Below are positions 1 to 13,789 of a stretch of 64,000 nt of DNA, piece by piece. Within the stretch, counting starts at the first letter, position 1. Each line of letters opens with the position of its first letter. A program made the position numbers and the translations under genes. The notes under the pieces are model-generated. The model did not search any database, was not told the origin of the DNA, and worked only from the letters and a program-made list of their open reading frames with translations. Origin of the DNA: the human T2T-CHM13v2.0 reference genome, Homo sapiens; the NCBI RefSeq assembly GCF_009914755.1, contig NC_060934.1; one strand, 5' to 3'.

Positions 1-251
1 TGAAGTACAGTGGTGTAATCTCGGCTCACTGCAACATCTGCCTCCTGGTTCAAGCGATTCTCCTGCCTCAGGCTCCTGAATAGCTGGGACCACAGGCACA
101 CGCCACCGCACCAAGCTAATTTTTGTATTTTTTAGTAAAGACAGGGTTTCCCCATGTTGGCCAGGATGGTCTGAATCTCTTGACCTCGTGATCCACCCGC
201 CTCAGCCTCCCAAAGTGCTGGGATTACAGGCGTGAGCCACCGTGCCCGGCC
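1..251 (-). mobile_element. Alu (AluSc-like), cut by the window start
   Basis: Reverse-complement Alu ending ...gagccaccgtgcccggcc, with the ccaggatggtct..gacctcgtgatcc diagnostics. Confidence 0.9.
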
Positions 252-291
252 TCAGGTATTTCTTTATAGCAATGCAAGAATGGCCTAACAC
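252..291 (+). mobile_element. 3' end of an MST-type MaLR LTR interrupted by the Alu
   Basis: tcaggtatttctttatagcaatgcaagaatggcctaacaca matches the MST LTR terminus. Confidence 0.7.
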
Positions 292-424
292 ACCTCCCTC
301 ACGAGCTAATAAATCCTAACATATTATGTGTCAATTGCAGGTCTCAAATTCAGGTTTTTGCTGCTATTGGCAGTGGCTTGTTGCAAATATTTATTGAAGA
401 TTTCAAGAGTAGTAACTGAAAAAC

Positions 425-580
425 CGTATAAGGTAGGTACTATTAGACTCACTTTCTGAATTAAAACAATGAAGGCACAAGGATTTCAAGTCACTTGCTC
501 AACAACACACAGGTAAAGAGGCAGAGCTGAGGTACTAAATTTGGTAGTCTGTGAACAGAATCTGCATTCTTATTCACTAG
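425..580 (-). mobile_element. MIR fragment
   Basis: aggtaggtactatt...aagtcacttgctcaa...cacacag...ggcagagctg resembles the MIR core. Confidence 0.6.
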
Positions 581-1427
581 AGGAGACAGGTTCTCCGGGA
601 TGTTTTTCTAAAATGCCATCTCATTGAATTGCAAGCCCGTACTCCACTAGATTGCAGAAACTTAATCTCAGTCGAAAGCCATGGTGTCCGGCGTGACCCA
701 TGTTTCCTAGGGTCATGACTGAGTTAGTTGGGAATATAAACAGTGCTTTGGGATCCGGATGAGGAATCTGGTCCTCAGCCCATCAAACCATGAAAGTTGT
801 TGCCACGTTGTTCCTACAGATGGCACTCCTGCCTGACTTCACCCAAAATCTTTTGGGTGCTTGAGAAACACCAGTCAACCCCAAGGGCTGGTGTTTGGGA
901 GACTCTGCAAGACCATCTCCTCCTAACTCCACTTATGCACAGATCTACTCATGTTTACTCTAGCTCTGCATCCTCGGCTTTCCACGGGAAGGGGACCTCA
1001 GGGAACAGGACTTCCAAGACCTTATCTCACCATCCTCACTTGACCTGATGGAAGAGGTTGGATGGGATCAAGGGGGCACTCATGTAGCAGCCAGGATCAT
1101 AGCCCTACGTGTTTTTATTGCTGCTGCCCACACCCTTGAAACCCAGATATGCTGAGAGAGGCCCTGTCTTTTCCTGGATTCCCATTTACACACCTATAAC
1201 AAACAGGGCTGCACCATAAAGCCCCTCTCTAAGGTTTTATGTGAGACAAATACAGGCTTGAGTGTGGTTCAAAGATGTTTTGCTGTAAGATTTGTCAGTT
1301 TGGATTTTAGCCTGAAGTTACTGGGTACTCTGGAGATAGTTAAACCTGAAAGGCTTGGGAAGGCAATGGTTTGCTTGAAAAGAGACAAGAAAATGAAGAA
1401 AGAATGAGCCAAAGAAGAGGGAGCAGA

Positions 1428-1769
1428 GGTCAGGTGTGGTGGCTCATGCCTGAATTCCAGCACTTTGGGAGGCCAAAGAAGGACTGTCTCTTAAGCCCAG
1501 GAGTTTGAGACCAGCCTGGACAACACAGCAAGACCCCATTTCTAACCAAAAAAAAAAAAAAAATATTAGACCCCATCTCTAACAAAAAAAAATTATAATA
1601 TTAACCAGGCATGGTGACACTCTCCTGTAGACCTAGCTACTTGGGAGGCTGAGGCCGGAAAATCCTTTGAGCCCAAGACTTTAAGTTACAGTGAGCTAGG
1701 GTGGTGCCTCTGCACTCTAGCCTGGGCGACAGAGCAAGACCCTGTCTCTAAATTAAAAATAAAAAAAAA
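1428..1769 (+). mobile_element. AluJ-like element with a duplicated linker
   Basis: Both Alu arms and an A-tail; agaccccat.tctaac+A-run occurs twice (1531-1600). Confidence 0.9.
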
Positions 1770-2812
1770 GAGGGGGAAGAAAAGAATTTAAAAATGGGAG
1801 GGGAACCACTTAACATCTGTTCAGGGATGTGGCTGTCTCACTGGCACCAATGAGATTAATATCATCACCATCACCTTCATCACTACCATTTTGCATGCGT
1901 CATCTCTAATCACATGCCCAGAGGTCAAACACTGGTGGCCCGAGGGTGGAGTAAGCATACCAGGGCAGGCAGTGACTACCTCACAGTAGTTCCCACTGAC
2001 CTCACGTCCCTCATGTAGGTACCAGCCAGGCCCCACTGGCATTGAAATGTATAGACTCAGATGTGTTGGGCGGGCCTAGGTAGAAATCTCACTTGAAGGC
2101 CACAGTGTATTTATCATATACATGGAGTTATGATGCATCTCTGCCCAGGAATAGAATTCAAACAAGAGTCTTAGAAATGCACTGAAGTGAATGAAATCCA
2201 GGACCTTAGGGCTGGTCACCCTGAGTCTCAGCATTATGTCTTCTTCCACCACCTGTTTCCTCTATTGTAGTCTTACAAGTGAGCTGGGGCCAGTGGTCGC
2301 TTAATCCTCCCCTCTCCTCTTGATGCTGCCTCCACATCCTCACCCCTCCTCAACAGCAAAAACGAAATGACCACACAGCTCCCCAGCTGGTTTTGTGTCT
2401 AACATTTTATCCTAAAGTTTTGAAAAGAAAAAGAAAAGAACCTGATAATTTCTAAATGAGGTAATTCATTTAGGCACTGACAGCCATTCATGCATCACTG
2501 TGAATTCATTTACCAAATTAATCAATCAATTTAGTCCAATAATCAGATCAAGCAGGCAGCAGACCAGTTTGCTCTGGTTTGATTTATTAGATGACTAGAA
2601 AGATCAGACGATTAGATCAGATTAATCAAATGCTTTTTACGAGCATCCACAGAACAGAAAAGGTCTTCCCAGGACATCATGAGCTAAACCGAGTGTGCTG
2701 GGGGACTGGGCTCTGGAGAGGAGCTGCTTGGGGTTCTAGGCTCCCACTTTGCTCAGGTTTTACAAGTCCCGCATTGCAGAGGCACAGCTGAGCAACCCAG
2801 TTACCGGACATC

Positions 2813-3277
2813 TGTGTTAGTTTCCTGTGGCTTCAGTAACAAACTACCATAACCTTAGTGGTTTAAAACAACACAGATTTATTATCTCATGGTTCCAGAG
2901 GTCAGAAGTCAAAAATGGGTTTTACGGGCTTAAATCAAGGTGTGGACAGAACTGCATTCCTTCTAGAGATTCCAGGGGAAAACCCATTCCTTCCCTTTTC
3001 CAGCTTCCAGAGGCCACCTGCATTCTTCGGCTCATCACTCTGATCTTTGCTCTGCCATCAGTCACATCTCTCGCTCCCCGCCTCCTGCCTCCCTCCTTCA
3101 CTTTTAGGGATGCTTGGTTCACACTGGGTCCATCCAGATAATTCAAAATCATCTCTCATCTCAAGAACCTTAGCTTAACCTCCCTGCAAAGTTCCTTTTG
3201 CCACGTAAAGTAACATATCCACAGGTTCCAGATCAGGATGCAGACATCTTTGGAGGACCGTTATTCGACTTCTTACA
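2813..3277 (-). mobile_element. MLT1D solo LTR (ERVL-MaLR)
   Basis: tgtgttagtttcctgtgg...gttccagaggtcagaagtc...ccttttgccacgtaaagtaacatat...gacatctttgg. Confidence 0.8.
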
Positions 3278-3749
3278 ACAATCCAAGGCCATCACCAGGT
3301 TTTCAGAAACCAAGATGGCCTGCCTGGTCCCTTCAATACACCCCTGTGCTTGGAGACACTGAAAGGCCTCATGGGATACAACCACACACTGCTGGTTCTG
3401 CCACAGCTCTTAAAATTAAAGTAGTCTGCCTGCATTAAAACCTGGCTTCCAGAAAACTTCTGCTATCATGGAAATATATAACCTGGGTGGATAAATAGCA
3501 TGCTTCCAACAACGCTTATTGCCTATCATTAGGGAACGATAGGCGGGTTTATCACATTTCCTGTGATTAAGAGGTGCCATAATTAATTACCTGTTGGGAA
3601 GGGACAAGGTGATGATACTTTGAACTTGGGACTGGAGGCCCAGCTCCGGACTCCAGAAAAGATGAAAAGCATTGAACTCACAATGGTTACTTCTTCCATG
3701 AAACATGTTAGCTGGAGATAGAATCCAGTAACAAACTCAGCTATATTGA

Positions 3750-3750
<1 letters not shown>

Positions 3751-3795
<45 letters not shown>
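3751..3795. repeat. (TG)22 microsatellite
   Basis: Perfect TG run read directly. Confidence 0.98.
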
Positions 3796-3800
<5 letters not shown>

Positions 3801-3974
3801 CTTGTGTTTTTCTTATGATTTACCTCTACCAACAACAGTGCACTGCAAAAGTCCAAGGCTTGGAACTGGGGATACAGTCTAAGGGTAAAAATAAAAATCG
3901 TCTAATATATGCTATGTCCTGAGTGAGTGGGAAATAATGTGGCTGTTAAAAGCTGACTGGGTCTTCAAGGAAGT

Positions 3975-4789
<815 letters not shown>

Positions 4790-4967
4790 CAAATATAGTT
4801 CAATCTACTCTCAGGTAAGGGAAAGACACCAAACACAGACAGACTGGATGACAATAAGGAGGCTCTGTGCTGCCTCTAGATAAGTCACTGATAAAAGCTT
4901 GGTTTCAGGGTTTCTAGGTCTTCTTTCATCTACACTCTGCTTGTCATAGCACTCATAGTGCACTCAC

Positions 4968-5318
4968 TGTATTAGTCTGGTCTCACACTGCTAATAAAGA
5001 CATACCCAAGACTGAGTAATTTACAAAGAAAAGAAGTTTAATTGACTCACAGTTCCATGTGGCTGGGGAGGCCTCACAATCATGGTGGAAGAGCAAGGGA
5101 CGTCTTGCATGGCAGCAGGAAAGAGAGCGCTTATGCGGGGGAACTCCCCTTTATAAAATCATCAGATCTCGTGAGATTTATTCACTATTACAAGAGCAGC
5201 ATGGGAAAAACCTGTCCTGGTGATTCAATTACCTCCCACCTGGTCTCTCCCACAACACGTGGGGATTACTACAATTCAAGGTGAGATTTGAGTGGGGATG
5301 TAGAGCAAAACCATATCA
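4968..5318 (-). mobile_element. THE1 (THE1B-like) solo LTR
   Basis: tgtattagtc...aaaccatatca termini; TSD CTCAC at 4963-4967 and 5319-5323. Confidence 0.9.
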
Positions 5319-5771
5319 CTCACATTTCAATAGTACCCAGACTATGTCTGTTTCCCTCCATGACTAAAAACTCTAACCTTCCATTGTGAGGCAAACAGTC
5401 AAAATGAAGGAGATACGCAAAGTTTCCCACTTTACTTCCTTAGGGACAGAAAACTCTGACGTAGATAAGTGTTGTCCTAAAACCTCTCCACCTTAATTTC
5501 CTCATCTATAAAAAGAGTGGATATCCTGGATGATTCTAAAATTGTATTAATTAGTAGGATTGGAAACTCAAATCTACTTATGACTCTAGAGAAAATTATT
5601 TAACATATGCTTCCCAGGGAAATATTAAATTAAAATCATGGCTACATAATGACTAAATACCAAATGAGGATATCTATCAATAAAAAGAAAGGCAATTAGC
5701 AACATAATCAATCGACATACTGTTTATGTTTTATTATGAACATGAACCAGTTCCTTAAGTCAATTACTGCC

Positions 5772-6178
5772 TGCATTATTTTGCTAGGGCTGCCATAACA
5801 AAGCACTGCAAACTGTATGCTTAACAGCAGAAATGCATTGTCTCATAGTCCTGGAGATCAAGGCATTGGCAGGGTTGGTTCCTTCTGAAGATGTTAGGAA
5901 AGAATCTGTTTTCGACCTCTCTCCTAGCTTCTGGTAGTTCCCTGGCTTGCGGCTGAATAACATGTCATTCTCCCTGGGTGCATTTCTGTGTCCAAATTTC
6001 CCCTTTTTATAAGAACACCAGTCACATTGGATTAAGAGCCCACCCTACTCCAGCATGACCTCATCTAACTAATTACATCTGCAATGACCCTATTTCCAAA
6101 TAAGGTCACCATTTGAGGTACTGGAAGTTAGGACCTCAACATATGAATTTAGCAGGGGACACATATAAACCTATAACA
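5772..6178 (-). mobile_element. MLT1C-like solo LTR
   Basis: gctagggctgccataacaaag...attacatctgcaatgaccctatttccaaataaggtcac. Confidence 0.75.
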
Positions 6179-6228
6179 CCACCTGTCAGTGGATTAAAAA
6201 AAATAATGAGAACATTTAAGTCTCTCAC

Positions 6229-6651
6229 TGTATCAGTCTGTTCTCACATTGCTCTAAAGAAATACCTGAAACTGGGTAATTTATAAAGAAAAGAGGTTTC
6301 ATTGGCTCCCAGTTCCACAGGCTGTACAGGAAGCATGGTGCTGGCATCTGCTTAGCTTCTGAGGAGGCCTCAGGAAACTTATGATCACAGCAGAAGGTCA
6401 AAGGGAAGCAGTCACGTCTTACATGGCAGGAGCAGGGCGAGACAGAGTGGGGGGAAGGTGCCGCACACGTTTCAACAACAAGGTATCCTGAGAACTCACC
6501 ATCATGAGAATAGCACCAAGGGGACGGTACTAAAGTATTCATGAGAAATTCACCCCCCTGATCCAATCACCTCCCACCGGGACCCACCTCCGACACTGGG
6601 GATTACAATTTGACATGAGATTTTGTGGGGACACAGATCCAAACCACATCA
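6229..6651 (-). mobile_element. MSTA-like solo LTR
   Basis: tgtatcagtctgttctcacattgct...ggggacacagatccaaaccacatca; TSD CTCAC/CTCAT. Confidence 0.85.
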
Positions 6652-6699
6652 CTCATCCTGTCCATTTTAAAATAGAGACTCAGTCAACATGTACCTACA

Positions 6700-7066
6700 C
6701 AGTAGCCTCCTCCTCTGTCCACAGTTTCACTGTTCATGGTTTCTGTTACCCACAGTCAACTGCGGTCCAAAAATATATAAGTAGAGTACAATATGATATT
6801 TTGAGAGAGACAACACATTCATATACATGTTATCACAGTATATTGTTATAATCGTTCTATTTTATTATTAGCTATGGTTGTTAATTTCTTATTGTGCCTA
6901 ATTTGTAAATTAAACTTTATCATAAGTATGCATGTATAAGAGAAAAACATACAGTAGTATATATAGCATACTATAGTCATGTATATGGCATTCAGCATTA
7001 TCCATGGTTTCAGGCATCCACTAGTGGGCTTGGCACATACCACCGTCAGATAAGGGGGGATTACTA
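6700..7066 (+). mobile_element. MER44A-like TcMar-Tigger MITE
   Basis: TIR-like ends cagtagcctcc... and ...gataaggggggattacta; internal cagtcaactgcggtccaaaaata. Confidence 0.8.
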
Positions 7067-7657
7067 TATTTTCTGTAATGTTACTCTTAATCAGTAATTA
7101 AATCAAAAGCATTTTTTAAAAAGAAAACTTTCTAAGTCAACTAAAGAAAAACTCTTGTTCTCCTGTATGTCTTCTTCTATATGTCATCATAAAAATTTGC
7201 CTCTAGAACCTTTCCAGTCCTTCTAGCCTATCTGTTTTTGCCCCTCCAACTCAAGTATACGTGATGTTTAGAGGTTATTTCCAGAATGTTTTCCACTTAA
7301 GAGATCCTTGAAGCAACAAGTTAGACTGCCTGTAATGATTTGGGTGTCTGCAATGTACCCGCAGGGAAGAGAACCAGTCCTTGTTGGTAGCTCAGAGTAA
7401 CCCCAATTTCAATGTGTTTGGTAAATGTGATGGAAGTCTCCAAAATTGCAGTCTAGACTCACTCAGCAGTCTCCAGAGCACATGTTTATAACAAAACAAA
7501 TACAATATTTTTATATTCCTCTTTTATCTTGCAGTAAACATTGACAGGACATACTTTTCTTTCACCCTTCTTCAGTTTTAATTAGCTTTTACAGACCATA
7601 ATAGAGCTGTAAACACCATGTGACAGCAGTAGCATTTTCCACTCACTTAAGAATTCA

Positions 7658-7981
<324 letters not shown>

Positions 7982-8228
7982 TCAAGGTGGCCTCAAAGAA
8001 TCCCTGCAATTTAGGGAAACCATAGTTTAATATGAACCTTTAAAGGAGAAATATACATTTAGCATTTGGGACTATTACTTGAAGTCTAGTTTGAAGATGT
8101 CTACTATTCTGAATGTTTAATAACTGATTTCTTACGGGCATACAATCAATTGAAATATGAAAAGGCCTGTCTAGATGGAAAAAGTATCTTTTAAAGCTGT
8201 GGGGACATCTTGTGGCCAATTTTATTAA

Positions 8229-8585
<357 letters not shown>

Positions 8586-8588
8586 TAA

Positions 8589-9006
8589 CAGTTGATCCTC
8601 CTCCATGTGGGTGCATCCTGCCTCCGTGGATTCAACCAAACATGGGTCAAAAATATTTGAAAAAAAAATTCGCCTGTACTGTTTACATATAGACTTTTTC
8701 TTCTTGTCATTATTCCCTAAACAATAAGTATAACCATTACTTACATCGCATTTACATTGTGTTAGGTATTATAAGTAATCTAGAGATGACTTAGAGGATT
8801 TGGGAGGATATGCGTAGGTTATGTGCAACACTACATATTTGCAAACATTACTATTTTCCCTTTTGTCTACACACCCACAAATAAACACTTAAAAAGACAA
8901 CATTTTACAATGGTGTAGAATTTACATTTAAGGGACTTGAGCATCTGTGGATTTGGGTATTCGTGGGAGGTCCTAGAACCCCCCACAGACACCAGAGGAT
9001 GACTGT
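8589..9006. mobile_element. MER2 (TcMar-Tigger) with an internal insertion of about 90 bp
   Basis: cagttgatcctc...gtggattcaacca...ataagtaatctagagatga...gggacttgagcatctgtggattt...gactg. Confidence 0.8.
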
Positions 9007-9300
9007 ATTTTGACTGAACAAATATAGGGAATGCTTACAGTAGGTTAGTATAATTGTGCTATATGCAAGGAGAATAAAGATAAAACACAAGCTGTTTTTT
9101 GAGGAAGCAATCAGAATAGAAAGAGCCTAAGCTATTTAATATGGCCAAACCTCATTTTATTTACTTATACAGAAGAAATCCAGGTATCTTCTTTCAAAAA
9201 AAAAACAGTTAAAAGTACAGATGTCATGAACACCTGTGGCTTTCACCTGTTTTCCATACAGCCTGCATTCCTTAGTACCCGCGCCTCAGTTTTACTTTAG

Positions 9301-9708
<408 letters not shown>

Positions 9709-9759
9709 TAAGCCACCTAGTCTATTGTATTTTTATGGCAGCCTGAGCTAATACACAAG

Positions 9760-11233
9760 TTCAGAATATAAATACTTTTAGCTGTACATGGAACCACTAT
9801 TGACCATATATCAGACTTTAAAAGTCTTAATACATTTTAAAAGATTACAATTTTACAGACTATATTCTCCAATAATGGCCCTAAATCAGAAACCAATAAG
9901 AAAAGAACATCTAGAAAATGTCCACGTTTCATTTTTTAAAAAGCTAACTGATGTTAAAAAAATTACAGGTGAAATTAGAAAATATTTTGAACTGAATGAC
10001 AATAGAAAATACAACATAGCAAAATCTGAGGTGCAATGCTTAGAGGGAAGTTTATCACTTTAAATATTTAGAAAAGAAAAAATTTATATCAGTTATATTT
10101 CTTCTCAGGATGCTGAAAAATTCAAATTGAACCAAATTAAGTAGTAGAAAGAAAATAATAAAGATAAACGCAGAAAGCAATGAAATAAGAAATAAAGAAA
10201 AAATAATAAAGCCAAAAATTATTCCTTTGAAAAAAGTAATTGCATTAATAAACTCATAAAAAACCAGTCACACACATACAAAATATCTAGAATTAGGAAT
10301 GAAAGAGGAAATATAACTGCTTATCCTACAAACATGAAAAGGATAATAAAAAATATAATGGACAATTATATGCTAATAAATATGTCAATTTAAATTAAAT
10401 GACATATTTCAAAATTGATCCAGGAAGTAATATTGAATCAGAATACCCTGTATCTACCAAAGAAATTTAATTTACAATAACTAACATTCCCATAAAGGAT
10501 ACAGTCCTAGGCAGTTACAGATGGTGAATTCTATCAAACACTGAAATGACAAAAGAATCAATCTTACCAAAACCCTCACAAAATAGAAAAAGGAACACTT
10601 CCCAACTCATTTTATGAGGCCAGCATCACTCTGATACCAAAATCTGACAAATCAGAAAAGAAAATTTCAGAAAATGTCTCTCATGAACATAGATGCAAAA
10701 GTTCTTAACAATATTAGAAAATCAAATCCAGCAGTATATAAAAATAATATTACATCATGACCAAGGAGAGTTTATCCATGGAATGCAAAGCTGATTTAAC
10801 AATAGAAAACCACTCAGATAGTTCACTACATTGACAGATGAGGGAGGAAAAACAACACGATTATCTTAATATATGAACAAAAACATTTGACTAAATTAAC
10901 GTCATTCATGACAAAAACTCATAGCAAAGTAGGAATAGAAGTGAACTTCCTCAACGTCATAATGGTCAGTACGAAAACCACTACTGTTAACATACATGAT
11001 GAAATATTGAACTATTTCCTTCTTAATTTGGAGGAAAAAAATCAAGAATATCTGCTCTCACCACTTCAATTCAACATTATACAAGAGGTTAGAGCTACTA
11101 AAATAAGGTAAACTTAAACAAATAAACAATTTTAAAAGAGACAGAAGGAAGAAAGGGAGGCAGGAAGAAAGTTTGGAAAGAAGGAAGTAAAACTGTGTTT
11201 GTTTGCAGATGATGTGATATTTATGTAGAGAAT
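9760..11233 (+). mobile_element. Old L1 (L1M) ORF2 remnant, 5' of the HERV-H insertion
   Basis: Decayed ORF2 motifs (gaaattagaaaatattttgaactgaatga; cccaactcattttatgaggccagcatcactctgatacc; tttgcagatgat = FADD). Confidence 0.85.
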
Positions 11234-11647
11234 TATCAGACCTCTGAGCCTAAGCTAAGCCATCATATCCTTTGTGACCTGCACGTACACATCCAGATGG
11301 CCGGTTCCTGCCTTAACTGATGACATTCCACCACAAAAGAAATGAAAATGGCCCGTTCCTGCCTTAACTGATGACATTATCTTGTGAAATTCCTTCTCCT
11401 GGCTCATCCTGGCTCAAAAGCTCCCCTACTGAGCACCTTGTGACCCCCAACCCTGCCCGCCAGAGAACAACCCCCTTTTGACTGTAATTTTCCTTTACGT
11501 ACCCAAATCCTATAAAACGGCCCCACCCCTATCTCCCTTCACTGACTGTCTTTTCAGACTCAGCCTGCCTGCACCCAGGTGAAATAAACAGCATTTTTGC
11601 TCACACATAGCCTGTTTGGTGGTCTCTTCACATGGATGCGCATGAAA
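11234..11647 (+). promoter_or_regulatory. HERV-H 5' LTR (LTR7)
   Basis: tatcagacctctgagcc...gcgcatgaaa; two ttcctgccttaactgatgacatt repeats, TATAAAA at 11511, AATAAA at 11583. Confidence 0.95.
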
Positions 11648-11649
11648 TT

Positions 11650-11667
11650 TGGTGCTGTGACTCGGAT
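11650..11667 (+). other. Primer-binding site for tRNA-His
   Basis: TGGTGCTGTGACTCGGAT, one mismatch from TGGTGCCGTGACTCGGAT. Confidence 0.92.
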
Positions 11668-12238
11668 CCGGAGACCTCCCTTGGGAGATAAAATCCCCTG
11701 TCCTCCTGCTCTTTGCTCCGTGAAAAAGATCCACCTACGACCTCAAGTCCTCAGACCCACCAGCCCAAGGAACATCTCACCAATTTTAAATCAGGTAAGC
11801 GGCCTCTTCTTACTCTCTTCTCCAACCTCTCTCACTATCCCTCAACTGCTTTCTCCTTTCAATCTTGGCACCACCCTTCAATCTCTCCCTTCTCTTAATT
11901 TCAATAGAGACAAAGGAGACATGTTTTATCTGTGGACTCAAAACTCTGGCGCCGGTCACAGACTCAGGAAGGCAGCCTTCCCTTGGTGTTTAATCATTGC
12001 AGGGACGCCTCTCTGATTATTCACCCACGTTTCAGAGGTGTCTGACCACGTGGGGACGCCTGCCTTGGTCCTTCACCCTTAGCGGCAAGTACCGCTTTTC
12101 TAGGGGGCAAGAACTCCCCAACCCCTTCTCTCCGTGTCTCTACCACTTCCCCCTTTTCTAGAGGGCAAGAACCCCCCAACCCCTTCTCTCTGTGTCTCTA
12201 CCCCTTCTCTGCTTTTCTGGGGGCAAGAACCCCCGATC

Positions 12239-12385
12239 TCTTATTTCCGCACCCCAACCTCTTATCTCTGTGCCCCGATCCCTTATTTCCGCTCCCCGAC
12301 CTCTTATCTCCGTGCCCCAATCCCTTATTTCCACACCCTGACCTCTTATCTCTGCGCCCCAACCTTATTTCCATGCCCCGACCCC
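12239..12385 (+). repeat. C-rich tandem repeat of about 42 bp (2 x 21 bp) in the HERV-H leader
   Basis: About 3.5 copies of ccttatttccgcaccccaacctcttatctctgtgccccgatc. Confidence 0.8.
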
Positions 12386-12499
12386 TTTCCCGCTTTTCTG
12401 GAGGGTTAGAACCCCTGAAACCCTTCCCTCCGTGTCTCTACTCTCTCTCTTCTCTAGGCTTGCTTCCTTCACTATAAGCAACCTTCCACCCTCCATTCC

Positions 12500-13740
12500 T
12501 CTGTCTCCCTTAGCCTGTGCTCTCAAGAACATAAAACCTCTTCAACTCACACCTGACCTAAAACCTAAATGCCTTATTTTCTTCTGCGATGCCACTTGAC
12601 CCCAGTACAAACTCGGCAGTAGTTCCAAATAGCCAGAAAACGGCACTTTCAATTTTTCCATCCTGCAAGATCTAAATAATTCCTGTTGTAAAATAGGCAA
12701 ACGGTCTGAGGTGCCTGACACCCAGGCATTCTTTTACACATCGGTCCCTCCCTAGTCTCTGTGCCCAGTGCAACTCGTCCCAAATCTTCCTTCTTTCCCT
12801 CCTGCCTGTCCCCTCAGTCCCAACCCCAAGCATCACTGAGTCTTTCTAATCTTCCTTTTCTACAGACCCATCTGACCTCTTCCCTTCTCCCCAGGCTGCT
12901 CCTCGCCAGGCTGAGCTAAGTCCCAATTCTTCCTCAGCCTCCACTCCTCCACCCTATAATCTTTTTATCACCTCCCCTCCTCACACCCGGTCCAGTTTAC
13001 AGTTTCATTCTGTGAGTAGCCCTCCCCAACCCGCCCAGCAATTTCCTCTTAAAAAGGTGGTTGAAGCTAAAGGCATAGTCAAAGTTAATGCTCGTTTTTC
13101 TTTATCTGACCTCTCCCAAATCAGTGAGCATTTAGGCTCTTTCATCAAATATGAAAAACCCAGCCCAGTTCATGGCTCGTTCGGCAGCAACCCTGAGACG
13201 CTTTACAGCCCTAGACCCTAAAAAGTCAAAAGGCCGTCTTATTCTCAATATACATTTTATTACCCAATCTGCTCCTGACATTAAATAAAACTCCAAAAAT
13301 TAAATTCCAGCCCTCAAACCCCACAACAGGAATTAATTAACCTCACCTTCAAGGTGTATAATAATAGAGTTAGAGTAGAGGCAGCTAAATAGCAGTGTAT
13401 TTCTGAGTTGCAATTCCTTGCCTCCACTGTAAGACAAACCCCAGCCACATCTCCAGCACACAAGAACTCCAAACACCTGAACCACAGCTGCCAGGGGTTC
13501 CTCCAGAACCTCCTCCCCCAGGAGCTTGCTACAAGTGCCGGAAATCTGGTCACTGGGCCAAGGGATGCCCACAGCCCAGGATTCCTCCTAAGCCATATCC
13601 CGTCTGTGTGGGACCCCACTGAAAATCAGACTGTTCAACTCACCTGGCAGCCACTCCCAGAGCCCCTGGAGCTCTGGCCCAAGGCTCTCTGACTGACTCC
13701 TTCCCAGATCTTCTCAGCTTCGTGGCTGAAGACTGACACT
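12500..13740 (+). pseudogene. gag: HERV-H gag remnant (boundaries approximate)
   Basis: Zinc knuckle CYKCRKSGHWAKGC at 13528-13569; no long open frame. Confidence 0.75.
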
Positions 13741-13789
13741 GCCCCATCGCCTCGGAAGCCCCCTAGACCATCACAGATGCTGAGCTTTA

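Noticed and set aside
813-828. CTCF-like CCTACAGATGGCACT (and CCAACAGATGGAGC at about 61875)
   Set aside because: Mismatches at core positions; much weaker than the site at 20902.
11650-11667. tRNA-like sequence
   Set aside because: It is only the 18-nt retroviral primer-binding site, not a tRNA gene.
12239-12385. Regularly spaced repeats resembling a CRISPR array (also the LTR12C repeats at 51260-51500 and 51715-51930)
   Set aside because: Head-to-tail retroviral repeats without unique spacers, no cas genes, and a primate context.
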